64,000 bases of DNA from Minisyncoccota bacterium. GTDB lineage: Bacteria; Patescibacteriota; Minisyncoccia; Phycocordibacterales; UBA5272. The stretch is taken from assembly GCA_018062965.1 (NCBI GenBank), contig JAGORG010000004.1:15055-79054 (forward strand), in the 5' to 3' direction. Positions 29,689 through 38,224 of the stretch are shown here, piece by piece. Positions within the stretch are counted from its first letter, which is position 1. The number at the start of each line of letters is the position of its first letter. The notes below the pieces were generated by a model, which was not told where the DNA came from, ran no database searches, and saw only the letters and a program-made list of their open reading frames with translations. The translations under genes and the position numbers were made by a program.

Positions 29689-31296
29689 ATGAAAGTCATC
29701 GCACTCGTTGGCCCCTACGGTTCTGGTAAAACGGATCTGGGATCCAATACTATCTCTGCGCTCCTTGCGTCTGGATGGGAAACCAACCAGATTGCCTACG
29801 TTTTAAACGACGAAGGTGATTTGCAGACGTCTATACACGACAAAGCCAAAATCCTTCCGATGGTGAATGGCTGTTTCACCTGTTCTGACAACCAGGATTT
29901 ACAAAACATTCTGGACAAACTCGCACAGGAAAAAACCGTCGACCTCGTTTTTCTCGAGGGTTTCGGTGTTGTGTCAGGATATGAGACCACTCAATTCCTG
30001 GAGAGCACAGGGTATGAGTACGAGGTTATAGCCCTCATTGACCACCTTCATTTCAAACAAAACCAAGTGCGCTACGGCGACGTGATGAAATCCCATATTG
30101 CGGTCGCAACCCTTGGTATCTGTATTACCAAATCAGGAGTTGCCACCCTTGAAGATGTCCACCACGACACACTTGTGTATATTGAAGACAACATGGCTCA
30201 ACGGGTGCGAACCATCCTGCTTGACCGCGGTGCGCCGTTTCCGATTGGGCACTTGGTTGATGTGGTCACAGGCGCCGGCAAAGTTCCAAGTTTTTCGTGC
30301 GGTGGTTGTAAGCATTGCCATACTCATGGGGAGGCACATCATCATCACGAACATGAAGAACATGGTCACGCACATGCCGACCATGGGTACATGTACAAAT
30401 ACACGCCTCTGCCAGGAGTTACGCTAGAAGTACTGAAAGCAGCGTTTATGCCTTACATGGAACGCTTTGGTATAACCCGTATCAAGGGCGCAACCCTTGG
30501 GCGAACATTCCACGGTGTCTACGAAACCTGGCAAAACGGATGCGCAAGTGATCAGCGTTTGGTTATCTTTTACAGCGCAAAGCAAGTTGAGATTGAGCGT
30601 GACATGCCTCGACTGTTTGACTGTATCGAGCACTCAACTCCTTCCTCACAAGAAGCTGGTAAGAAAAGTTATGAGTTGATGCGCACCAAGAACGTTTCCA
30701 CCGAAGCAACCCTCGCTGAAATCACAACACTGCTTGGTCAAATACCGAAAACACCGATGGTGGTGAGAGGTACTGACAAAGTTCGAGTCATCACACACCC
30801 TGAACTACTTCAGGTTGTGAAAGAAATCGTCAGGCGACCCTATCCGGAGCTTGAGAAGAACTTCGCAGAAGTCATAATCGTTTGCATGGGTTACTGGACT
30901 GAGTGCGCTGTTTATATCACCGTAAACGAAATGGCGATCGACCAAAACGAGCTTCCGGTAAACCAGCGCGAGCTTGGCGTGTCACTCGCTTGGTGGACAC
31001 ACCGCTTCGGAAAGATGTTTCCAAAAGAACTCACGGAACGAGTGATCCTTCTCAAACCCGGAGAAATGGTTGCGCGCGGGATTCTGGGCGGACTTCTGAG
31101 TCTCAACAGTGATCCTGAGCGTGCCTACTGGCAGTGTGAGGAATATGCTCGTGCTTTTGAGTTTGGTCTTGACCACTGCGAAGATCGCGAGCTCATGATG
31201 CGCGCTGCGCACCATGCACTATCCCTTGTTCCAAATGATCGCAAAGATCTCAAAGAACAATGGGAAAAGCATGTAGCGAATCTGGAAACCAGGTAA
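29689..31296 (+). CDS. G3E-family P-loop GTPase (CobW/COG0523-like putative metallochaperone) with a His-rich segment and a long C-terminal extension.
   Basis: Walker A GPYGSGKT; a CobW-like NDEGD switch; a metal-binding Cys motif (GCFTC); His-rich HCHTHGEAHHHHEHEEHGHAHADHG. At 535 aa it is longer than typical COG0523 proteins. Confidence 0.7.
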   Translation: MKVIALVGPYGSGKTDLGSNTISALLASGWETNQIAYVLNDEGDLQTSIHDKAKILPMVNGCFTCSDNQDLQNILDKLAQEKTVDLVFLEGFGVVSGYETTQFLESTGYEYEVIALIDHLHFKQNQVRYGDVMKSHIAVATLGICITKSGVATLEDVHHDTLVYIEDNMAQRVRTILLDRGAPFPIGHLVDVVTGAGKVPSFSCGGCKHCHTHGEAHHHHEHEEHGHAHADHGYMYKYTPLPGVTLEVLKAAFMPYMERFGITRIKGATLGRTFHGVYETWQNGCASDQRLVIFYSAKQVEIERDMPRLFDCIEHSTPSSQEAGKKSYELMRTKNVSTEATLAEITTLLGQIPKTPMVVRGTDKVRVITHPELLQVVKEIVRRPYPELEKNFAEVIIVCMGYWTECAVYITVNEMAIDQNELPVNQRELGVSLAWWTHRFGKMFPKELTERVILLKPGEMVARGILGGLLSLNSDPERAYWQCEEYARAFEFGLDHCEDRELMMRAAHHALSLVPNDRKDLKEQWEKHVANLETR

Positions 31297-31349
31297 ACAT
31301 CCCTTGGGCACTTCACAACTTTGGTTGTGGAGATGCCCATTTTTATACT

Positions 31350-32165
31350 ATGAATATAGCACAGACACCTTATATAGCACTTCAGAAAAAAATCATAGAA
31401 ATCTATGATGCTCTTTCGTCACACCAAGACCTCACCCCTCGCGAAGAAATAAATAATTTGTTCAGTTCACTTGTTGATATTGTTATTTCTACACCAAAAG
31501 ACCTATCTGCACAGCTGCTATCGACACCAGAAATACAAACTATTCAGCAAGACCTACTTTCTATATGTTCCAAGGGGGAATACGAGCTAGAATTAGCTTA
31601 TGCAAAAAAGATACGAGAAAGCCACGTCCCTTATGAAACTCTTGCAGAGTTTCCATATATTGAAAACTATAAAAACCTAACAGCCATGGAAGTAGAGCAT
31701 CTGCAACCACATACATCAGATGCACATCGTATTCTTTTTATTGGAGGAGGACCATTGCCATTATCTGCAATTCTTATGGCACAGATACACAACATACAGG
31801 TGGACATCTTAGATAAGGACGAGACTGCTTGTAGCGCATCTAAAGACGTACTGCAGGCTCTTGGTTTAGAAGACCAAATACGGGTTATCCATGGAGACAT
31901 ATCACATACAAAAACCTTAGAAACATACACAACTGTTATTCTGGCAGCGCTGGTGGGAGAATCTCAGCAGGAAAAAGATAAGATTCTACAACACATTGCA
32001 GAACATACTCACAAGGGAACATGTCTTATGCTACGCAGTGTGCAAGATCTTGGCAAACTCCTCTATCCTGAGGTTATACTAAACAATGACGCTGTAACTA
32101 TAGTTGATTTTGTCCATCCAAAAAAAGACGTAATCAACCCAATACTTATATGTACAACAAAGTAA
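31350..32165 (+). CDS. Nicotianamine synthase (NAS) family protein, a CntL/NAS-like aminobutyryl transferase.
   Basis: Hand alignment to plant and archaeal NAS. N-terminus LTPREEINNLFSSLVDIVI matches PSEDVNILFKQLVSTCI. ILFIGGGPLPLSAIL matches VAFIGSGPLPLTSIV. VILAALVGESQQEKDKILQHI...CLMLRS...LYPEV...HPKKDVINPIL matches VVFLAALVGMNKEEKVKVIEHL...VLMLRS...LYPIV...HPTDDVINSVV. Confidence 0.8.
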   Translation: MNIAQTPYIALQKKIIEIYDALSSHQDLTPREEINNLFSSLVDIVISTPKDLSAQLLSTPEIQTIQQDLLSICSKGEYELELAYAKKIRESHVPYETLAEFPYIENYKNLTAMEVEHLQPHTSDAHRILFIGGGPLPLSAILMAQIHNIQVDILDKDETACSASKDVLQALGLEDQIRVIHGDISHTKTLETYTTVILAALVGESQQEKDKILQHIAEHTHKGTCLMLRSVQDLGKLLYPEVILNNDAVTIVDFVHPKKDVINPILICTTK

Positions 32166-32656
32166 CTCTACTAACTCAAGCTCGAGAATATACGGACCAT
32201 CTCCTCATGCAATACCATGAGTATAAGGAAGTATCTCATGCACTTCACGAAGCTTATTCAGACGAAACAAAAAGTATTCTCAAGGAACGGCTGAACCAAA
32301 TCTCTGATGCTATGACATTTGCCAACCCAATTGTTTGGCTTATGTATAAACGCGATGCTTACCAAGGAACTCCTCGAGCTATTTCTTCACTAGGAGACCT
32401 AAGGTCTCATGTAGACCACCCAGAAGACATATGCTACAAACGGTATGATTTCTTCACCAAAGAACTCCTTAAACATGGAGTAAATCTGAAAGATACTGAG
32501 GTATTTCCAGATACTATGGAGCTTGGAGAACTTCTAGAGCAAGATGCTATATACACTGTTTTCCAAGACGGAACATTTTTACCAACGTGGGAGGAGTATG
32601 AGTACAACAGAATTGAGGGGAAGGTTGCTAAGTGGCAAAACTATCTACCGCAGTAA
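32150..32656 (+). CDS. Hypothetical protein, translationally coupled to the NAS-like gene.
   Basis: Its ATG overlaps the last 16 nt of the NAS-like CDS. The 168-aa soluble product has no recognisable motif. Confidence 0.5.
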   Translation: MYNKVTLLTQAREYTDHLLMQYHEYKEVSHALHEAYSDETKSILKERLNQISDAMTFANPIVWLMYKRDAYQGTPRAISSLGDLRSHVDHPEDICYKRYDFFTKELLKHGVNLKDTEVFPDTMELGELLEQDAIYTVFQDGTFLPTWEEYEYNRIEGKVAKWQNYLPQ

Positions 32657-33507
32657 TCCTTGTCGGTACATAGAAGGTTATTTGTTTTTGCGTCAAAACA
32701 TCCATCACACACAAGAATTTTCTTGTTACACATTTGATTTGAGCAGTTTCTATAGGTTTCTGTTTTTGTGTCACAGTACGAACATATACCAACTATATCT
32801 CTTTCTCCACCAAAATCCATCGTGATTCGATTATCAAATGTAAACAGTGTTCCTTTGAAATGTTTTCCTGGATATTTTTCCATAAAACCATGCATACCAT
32901 TATGAAGCTGATGTACATCTTTGAAGCCTTGATCAAGAAGATACGCTGACATTTTTTCACAGCGCACACCACCAGTACAAACAGTTACCACGGTTGTATC
33001 TTTGTGAATACGTAGTTTTTCCATAGCTTGTGGCAAATCTCGCGATGCTCTGAGTCCTGGATTTACGGTTTTTTCAAAATACCCACTCGCAATCTCAAAA
33101 TCGTTTCGCATATCGATAACAACAAAGTCTTTGCCTTCATCGTACCAACGCTTGAGTTCATGTGGTGGAAGATACTTACCCGTCTGTTTTGTTGGGTCAA
33201 TATGAGATGGAAACTTTGTAGCCACGATTTCTGGTTTGAGCATAACTTTAAGCCGTGGGAAAGCTGTTCCTGTACCTACACTTGTTTTGATGTTCATGTT
33301 CTTGAACCGAGCATCTGAAAGAATATGTTTTTTGTATTTTTCTGTAGCTTCAGGGGTTCCTTCAAGTGTTCCGTTGATTCCTTCACTTGCAACAATAATA
33401 CGCCCTGTGAGCCCTAAAACAGAGCACACTGAACGTTCACGCTCTGCGAGTGCTTCAGGATCTTTGACACCAACATATTTATAAAAAAGAAGGATTTCTG
33501 TTTCCAT
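32641..33507 (-). CDS. trhO: tRNA uridine(34) hydroxylase (rhodanese-domain YceA/TrhO, UPF0176).
   Basis: N-terminal YceA-like domain (LLFYKYVGVKDPE), a rhodanese active-site loop CTGGVRCE, and a C-terminal Cys cluster. Confidence 0.8.
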   Translation of the reverse strand: METEILLFYKYVGVKDPEALAERERSVCSVLGLTGRIIVASEGINGTLEGTPEATEKYKKHILSDARFKNMNIKTSVGTGTAFPRLKVMLKPEIVATKFPSHIDPTKQTGKYLPPHELKRWYDEGKDFVVIDMRNDFEIASGYFEKTVNPGLRASRDLPQAMEKLRIHKDTTVVTVCTGGVRCEKMSAYLLDQGFKDVHQLHNGMHGFMEKYPGKHFKGTLFTFDNRITMDFGGERDIVGICSYCDTKTETYRNCSNQMCNKKILVCDGCFDAKTNNLLCTDKDYCGR

Positions 33508-33599
33508 GTGTTTGAGTATTCTACTATATGCATATACACTTTACAAATGAACATACTGTGATAGTCTGTATACACCTTCAGGGAATAAGCCTTGTTGGT

Positions 33600-33832
33600 A
33601 CTTGTATAAATGCACATTTTTCGAGGGGCAATGCATGCAAACGTTTCAAAATAACAAGCCGGCACGGGTAATCCAACGTGGTCACCTGCAGTGGGGTAAG
33701 ATTCCCCCACGCGGTGGCATGAACGGCCTGGGGCGTGACAGGAGAACTGGGCAAAAGGAAGGTCACAACAAGCGCGATCGCGGATAACGCGAAGCGCAAC
33801 CACGAGGGCGCCTCATGTGAGGCGCCCCTTTT
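33600..33832 (+). other. GC-rich islet: a small Gly/Arg-rich basic ORF (ATG 33635..33787) or a structured RNA, ending in an intrinsic terminator.
   Basis: GAGGGG RBS lies 6 nt before ATG 33635. The product is a 50-aa basic, low-complexity peptide. A strong terminator (GAGGGCGCCTCATGTGAGGCGCCCC + T6) sits at 33800-33832. A hairpin GUGGGG...CCCCCAC is also present. Confidence 0.3.
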
Positions 33833-34872
33833 TTATTGTATAATTCCCCCTCCGATACACACTGTTCCGTCGTATATAACAAGAGATTGCCCACTTGCAG
33901 GCACCAGCTCACCATGCACCACTTCAACCACACCATCTTTAGTAACTGTAATTTCTGCAAGAGGTGCTCTATATCGTGCGCGTGCTGTGTACACTTTTCC
34001 ACTATCTGGCGTATCTTGCACCCAGCTTACTCGTTCAAGTTTAATGCTGTGTGAGTTTTGTGTTTCCGGTTTATCATGAGAAACAGTGAGTATATTAGTC
34101 TCTATGTCTTTTGCAACCACATAATAAGCTTTGTCTTCGGTACTCTTTTTTGTAATAGTAAATCCGTGTCGCTCACCAATGGTATAAAACATAACCCCAG
34201 CATGAGTGCCAATTACATTCCCCTCTATATCACACACATCCCCCGGCTTTTCCTTGATGTACTCTTTAAGGAGCGTTTTAATATCAATCGTCCCAACAAA
34301 ACATAATCCCTGACTATCTTTTTTGAAACTCGTTGTTAAGTTTCGTTTTTCTGCTTCACGACGAACATCATCTTTTACCATGTGCCCAATAGGAAACAGT
34401 ACATGGCTCAAGTCTTTCTGAGTAAGCGTCCACAAAAAATACGTCTGATCTTTGTTGACATCTTGTGAAGCAAGCAACCTCGTTCCATCTGTCTGCGCAT
34501 AGTGACCCGTTGCGATATAGTCCGCACCTTGTGCTTGTGCCCACTTCCAAAACGCACCAAATTTTACCTCACGGTTACACATAACATCTGGGTTAGGAGT
34601 TCTTCCGATACGATACTCTTCGATCATATAGTCAATAACGCCTTGCTTGTATTCCTGTTCAAGGTCAAGTGTTACAAATGGTATACCTAGATGCGCAGCA
34701 ACTCGCATAGCGTCTAACCTATCTTCTTTCCATGTACACTCTACAAAATCTGGTTGCCAAACTTTGATAAATACCCCCGTCACATCATAGCCCTGTTCGA
34801 GTAAAAGCGCAGCAGAAAGCGACGAGTCGACCCCGCCTGACATACCAACATAGACCTTCTTGCCTTTTGTCA
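33833..34872 (-). CDS. mnmA: tRNA-specific 2-thiouridylase.
   Basis: PP-loop SGGVDSS followed by the conserved MnmA catalytic Cys region. The ORF-track start was trimmed to MTKGKKVYVGMSGGVDSS. Confidence 0.9.
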
Positions 34873-34922
34873 TAATTGGCGTATTATAGCAAACAGAATC
34901 CCCAAACCATAGGAGACCGTTC

Positions 34923-35147
34923 ATGAACATTCGGACTTTGATTTTCGGACTTCTTCTGATCTTTTCAGGAACCCATGCGCTCGCCGATCACAGGCATCAC
35001 CGACACCATCGCCACTACTATCAACCACCCGAGCCCCGTGTTGTTTGTTGGTGGGAACACATCCCTACAGGCCGTTACTTCATTGATCGCTATGGACGTA
35101 GACACGACCAATTCACCGTTGTACGTCGATGCCATCAACGGTGGTAA
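34923..35147 (+). CDS. Small secreted His-rich protein.
   Basis: AGGAGA RBS lies 7 nt before the ATG. Signal peptide MNIRTLIFGLLLIFSGTHALA is followed by DHRHHRHHRHYY and two Cys; 74 aa. Confidence 0.45.
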   Translation: MNIRTLIFGLLLIFSGTHALADHRHHRHHRHYYQPPEPRVVCWWEHIPTGRYFIDRYGRRHDQFTVVRRCHQRW

Positions 35148-35183
35148 AGCGAAATCGCTCCAAAGGAGCGATTTTTATTATGC

Positions 35184-35735
35184 TTACGCACCCATCATCT
35201 TACGGTAACACTCTACAAGAGCTCGAGTGTCAGCCAAAGCAGTGTGCGCTTTTGTATTATCTACTTTTAAAAGTTCACACAATGCGCGCAATGAAAACTT
35301 ATCTGCCTGTGGTGCATCGTACAAACGAGCAAATGCCATTGAGATAGTATCCATCTTTGCATAATGCATCAGATTTTCAACGCCTGTTTCTTCAAAGGCT
35401 TTTTGAACGAAAGCATAGTCAAATACAAGATTGTGCGAAACAAAACTACAGCTCTGTGTCTTTTTTGCAAACTGTTCCATGACTGGCTTCAACTCTGATG
35501 CAAACATCCAATCAACCTCGTTATACCCGTTTACACGAAGAGCTTGTTCCTCTGCTGTTTCAAGATGCATTGGTTTTATTTTCCACTCACACTCTTCTAT
35601 GATTTCAAGTTTTGGCCCCTTACCTTCACGTGGAACTTGTCGAGCGATAATAACCGCTAGTTCTATGATTTCGTGTTTGTTTGGATCTGTTCCCGTTGTT
35701 TCTGTGTCAATAAATGCGAGATTGTGAGTTTTCAT
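35184..35735 (-). CDS. DnaQ-like (DEDDh) 3'-5' exonuclease.
   Basis: Exo I motif AFIDTETTG; Exo II HNLVFDYAFV; Exo III H...ALADTRA. Confidence 0.75.
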   Translation of the reverse strand: MKTHNLAFIDTETTGTDPNKHEIIELAVIIARQVPREGKGPKLEIIEECEWKIKPMHLETAEEQALRVNGYNEVDWMFASELKPVMEQFAKKTQSCSFVSHNLVFDYAFVQKAFEETGVENLMHYAKMDTISMAFARLYDAPQADKFSLRALCELLKVDNTKAHTALADTRALVECYRKMMGA

Positions 35736-35745
35736 GCGGTAGTAT

Positions 35746-36660
35746 CTATCGTAAATATTTTCTAATGTTTTCTTTGTGTTCGGCAAATGTTGTAGCGTAA
35801 TACATTTTACCATCATCTCCTGTTATATAGTAGAGATACGGTGTAGGAATTGGATCAAATACAGCATTCATAGCAACTAATCCAGGATTATTGATAGGCT
35901 GCTCGGGGATACCAGCTTCATCGTAAGTGATTTCAGCCACATCAACCTGCAAGCGCATACCCTGCGCCAAGCGAGTTTGCAAGATACCAGATACGATACG
36001 CATATCTTCTTCTCCTTTTGCTTCACCTTCTAAAATAGCCGCAAGAGATACAACACTTTTTTGGTTTGGTACATATCGTGGGTAGTTCTTATCTTTGAAA
36101 GCAGCTTCGTATTGTTTATCAAACGTCGCTCTCATTCGCGCTATGATATCTGACTCTTGCTGCGACGGAACAAGGTAGTAGGTAGATGGAAACAAATACC
36201 CGTCAGCCCGCTCTCTATACACAAGCTCTCCAAATATATCGATAGACAGTGCAGGTTGAGCTTTTTTGATAATAGCAGCTATTTCTTGTGTAGTGCTTCC
36301 CTCTGGAATAGTGATTGATAGTAAGGGCTCTTGAGGTCCAGCGATAAATCTACGTACCACCCCTGTTATATGTGTAGGAGTTTCAAACCGATACACGCCA
36401 AGTTGAACAGCTCTGTCATGCCCCAAAAATGAAATAGCTGCGCGAAATAATACAGACGAGGTAATAAATCCCTCCTCTTTTAAACGCAAACTTATACTAC
36501 GTAAACTTTCATATTCATTTACAGTGAATCTTGCTTGCTCAGGAAAAGTTGAAGGTATACGGAAAAAACTTACCCACAATGTAATTATGAGGGCACATAT
36601 AGATCCTATGATGAGTATTTTTTTAGTTGTTTGTGAGGGTGTTGTGATTTCAAATGTCAT
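35746..36660 (-). CDS. mltG: Endolytic murein transglycosylase MltG (YceG-like).
   Basis: N-terminal TM. YceG motifs are present (GVYRF, SITIPEGST..EIA, YLFPSTY, ASILEKE-like ASILEGEA). Confidence 0.85.
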   Translation of the reverse strand: MTFEITTPSQTTKKILIIGSICALIITLWVSFFRIPSTFPEQARFTVNEYESLRSISLRLKEEGFITSSVLFRAAISFLGHDRAVQLGVYRFETPTHITGVVRRFIAGPQEPLLSITIPEGSTTQEIAAIIKKAQPALSIDIFGELVYRERADGYLFPSTYYLVPSQQESDIIARMRATFDKQYEAAFKDKNYPRYVPNQKSVVSLAAILEGEAKGEEDMRIVSGILQTRLAQGMRLQVDVAEITYDEAGIPEQPINNPGLVAMNAVFDPIPTPYLYYITGDDGKMYYATTFAEHKENIRKYLR

Positions 36661-36668
36661 ATCAGAAT

Positions 36669-38174
36669 CTACTGTGGTAAGTTAACTGGGGCGACACCTT
36701 TAGCACTATCAATACGTGGAAGCGTAGGAGTTGCAGCAACTGAACCTGGGAAATGCCAGAGTGTTGCCAATTCCTCCAAGTTTAACACTACAACCTCATC
36801 TGCTTCTGGATGGTCAAATGGATGGAAAATAGCTTCATAGAACATACGCCACTTCTTTCTTGTTTTCATTGGGAATGACCAGAAAATACTGTCTTCCCAT
36901 TTATCCAACTCTTTCCGACTTCCCACATGAGGATGGAAACCTTCACGTTCAACAAATGCTTCAAATTTTTCTTCAGTTCGCCACGGAACGCGACGCTTAC
37001 GAAAGTTCTCCCAAGGAAATTCATATGGATCTGTTGGCCCTAGACCAAATTTATTCCAACCAGCGAACGGTTTCATAATACTCAATATGTTTTGTATATG
37101 AGAACCTTTAAAATTCTCTGACTTTGCGACATATAATAGTCTAATAATAGCTCTAACTAAAGGTTTAGAGAGCTTCATGTTGATTGCTTCTATTTCATTT
37201 TTTTCTTCTACGGTTAACTCAGACTCTCGCAGTCCGATTTCTCGAGCATCTCCATAGGTCAAAGGTTCGTACGAAATAGTTCCGTCAGGCGCGCGAACAG
37301 TTTTTTGCACAGGGTGCCCGTACTGATCATACGCAAGATCTCCTTCTTTTATTTTTTTGGTTTTACGAATGAACTTCTTACGCAGTGTTGCAAGGTCAGA
37401 CAACGATACGTGTTCATGTGTTTCTGGATGAACATACATTTTAGGCATTTTTTTATCGTTAAACACAGACTCGTCTTGAACGATAACCTGATACCAAGCG
37501 TACTCACCTTTACCCATACTACCCATAAACTCAAGAAGTGGAGTTATTGGATCTATTTTAAACTCTTCTTTAGGATCTTTATCAAGGCCATAGTCAACAT
37601 ATGTTTTAAGAGGCAAATAGTCCGCATTCATTTCTATGCTGTCACCTTTTGAATTAACACCAATAGGTCTTTTTTCACCAAGAGGGTATGTCGCCCCCCA
37701 AACATTAACATCCTGACTTAAATGATGATATCTAATGAGCTTTGTATAATCATCCGCTTCACTGATCTCTATTCCAGGATATTGTGCATATAGATTAGCT
37801 TCAAATAAATCACGATATTTTTTCTGTGTTCGAATATAAAAGTGAATAATCCCTTCAAGAGATGCAATCTCAAGTGATGTCCAGGCAGGTAAGTTGCCTA
37901 AAAATAATCGCTTATACCGTGAACCAAGCCCTCCTGTTTGCAAGAGCATAGCAAGAGCCGTTTCCATAGCAAGTGGAGATTTCATAATCTCTCGAGGAAG
38001 CTTAATCTCAAGCATTATCCAATCAAGACCATTCATATGTTTTTGACCCACATACATCATCCAGAATCGCCACATCCATGCAAAGATAAGCAATACAGCT
38101 CCTGCGTATATAAGGATAAGCACAAGGTCAATAAGGAATTGCATATACAGCAAAGTATACCAGAAGCAAAACAA
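36669..38174 (-). CDS. Hypothetical membrane-anchored protein (501 aa).
   Basis: N-terminal TM pair then a large soluble domain with no recognisable motif. It is tightly linked upstream of the sigma70-r4/HARE-HTH gene's neighbour. Confidence 0.6.
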   Translation of the reverse strand: MFCFWYTLLYMQFLIDLVLILIYAGAVLLIFAWMWRFWMMYVGQKHMNGLDWIMLEIKLPREIMKSPLAMETALAMLLQTGGLGSRYKRLFLGNLPAWTSLEIASLEGIIHFYIRTQKKYRDLFEANLYAQYPGIEISEADDYTKLIRYHHLSQDVNVWGATYPLGEKRPIGVNSKGDSIEMNADYLPLKTYVDYGLDKDPKEEFKIDPITPLLEFMGSMGKGEYAWYQVIVQDESVFNDKKMPKMYVHPETHEHVSLSDLATLRKKFIRKTKKIKEGDLAYDQYGHPVQKTVRAPDGTISYEPLTYGDAREIGLRESELTVEEKNEIEAINMKLSKPLVRAIIRLLYVAKSENFKGSHIQNILSIMKPFAGWNKFGLGPTDPYEFPWENFRKRRVPWRTEEKFEAFVEREGFHPHVGSRKELDKWEDSIFWSFPMKTRKKWRMFYEAIFHPFDHPEADEVVVLNLEELATLWHFPGSVAATPTLPRIDSAKGVAPVNLPQ

Positions 38175-38224
38175 AAGAGCGCAGCGCTGCTGTGCTCTTT
38201 TGTGGGTAAACTAGAGTGTTGCTA

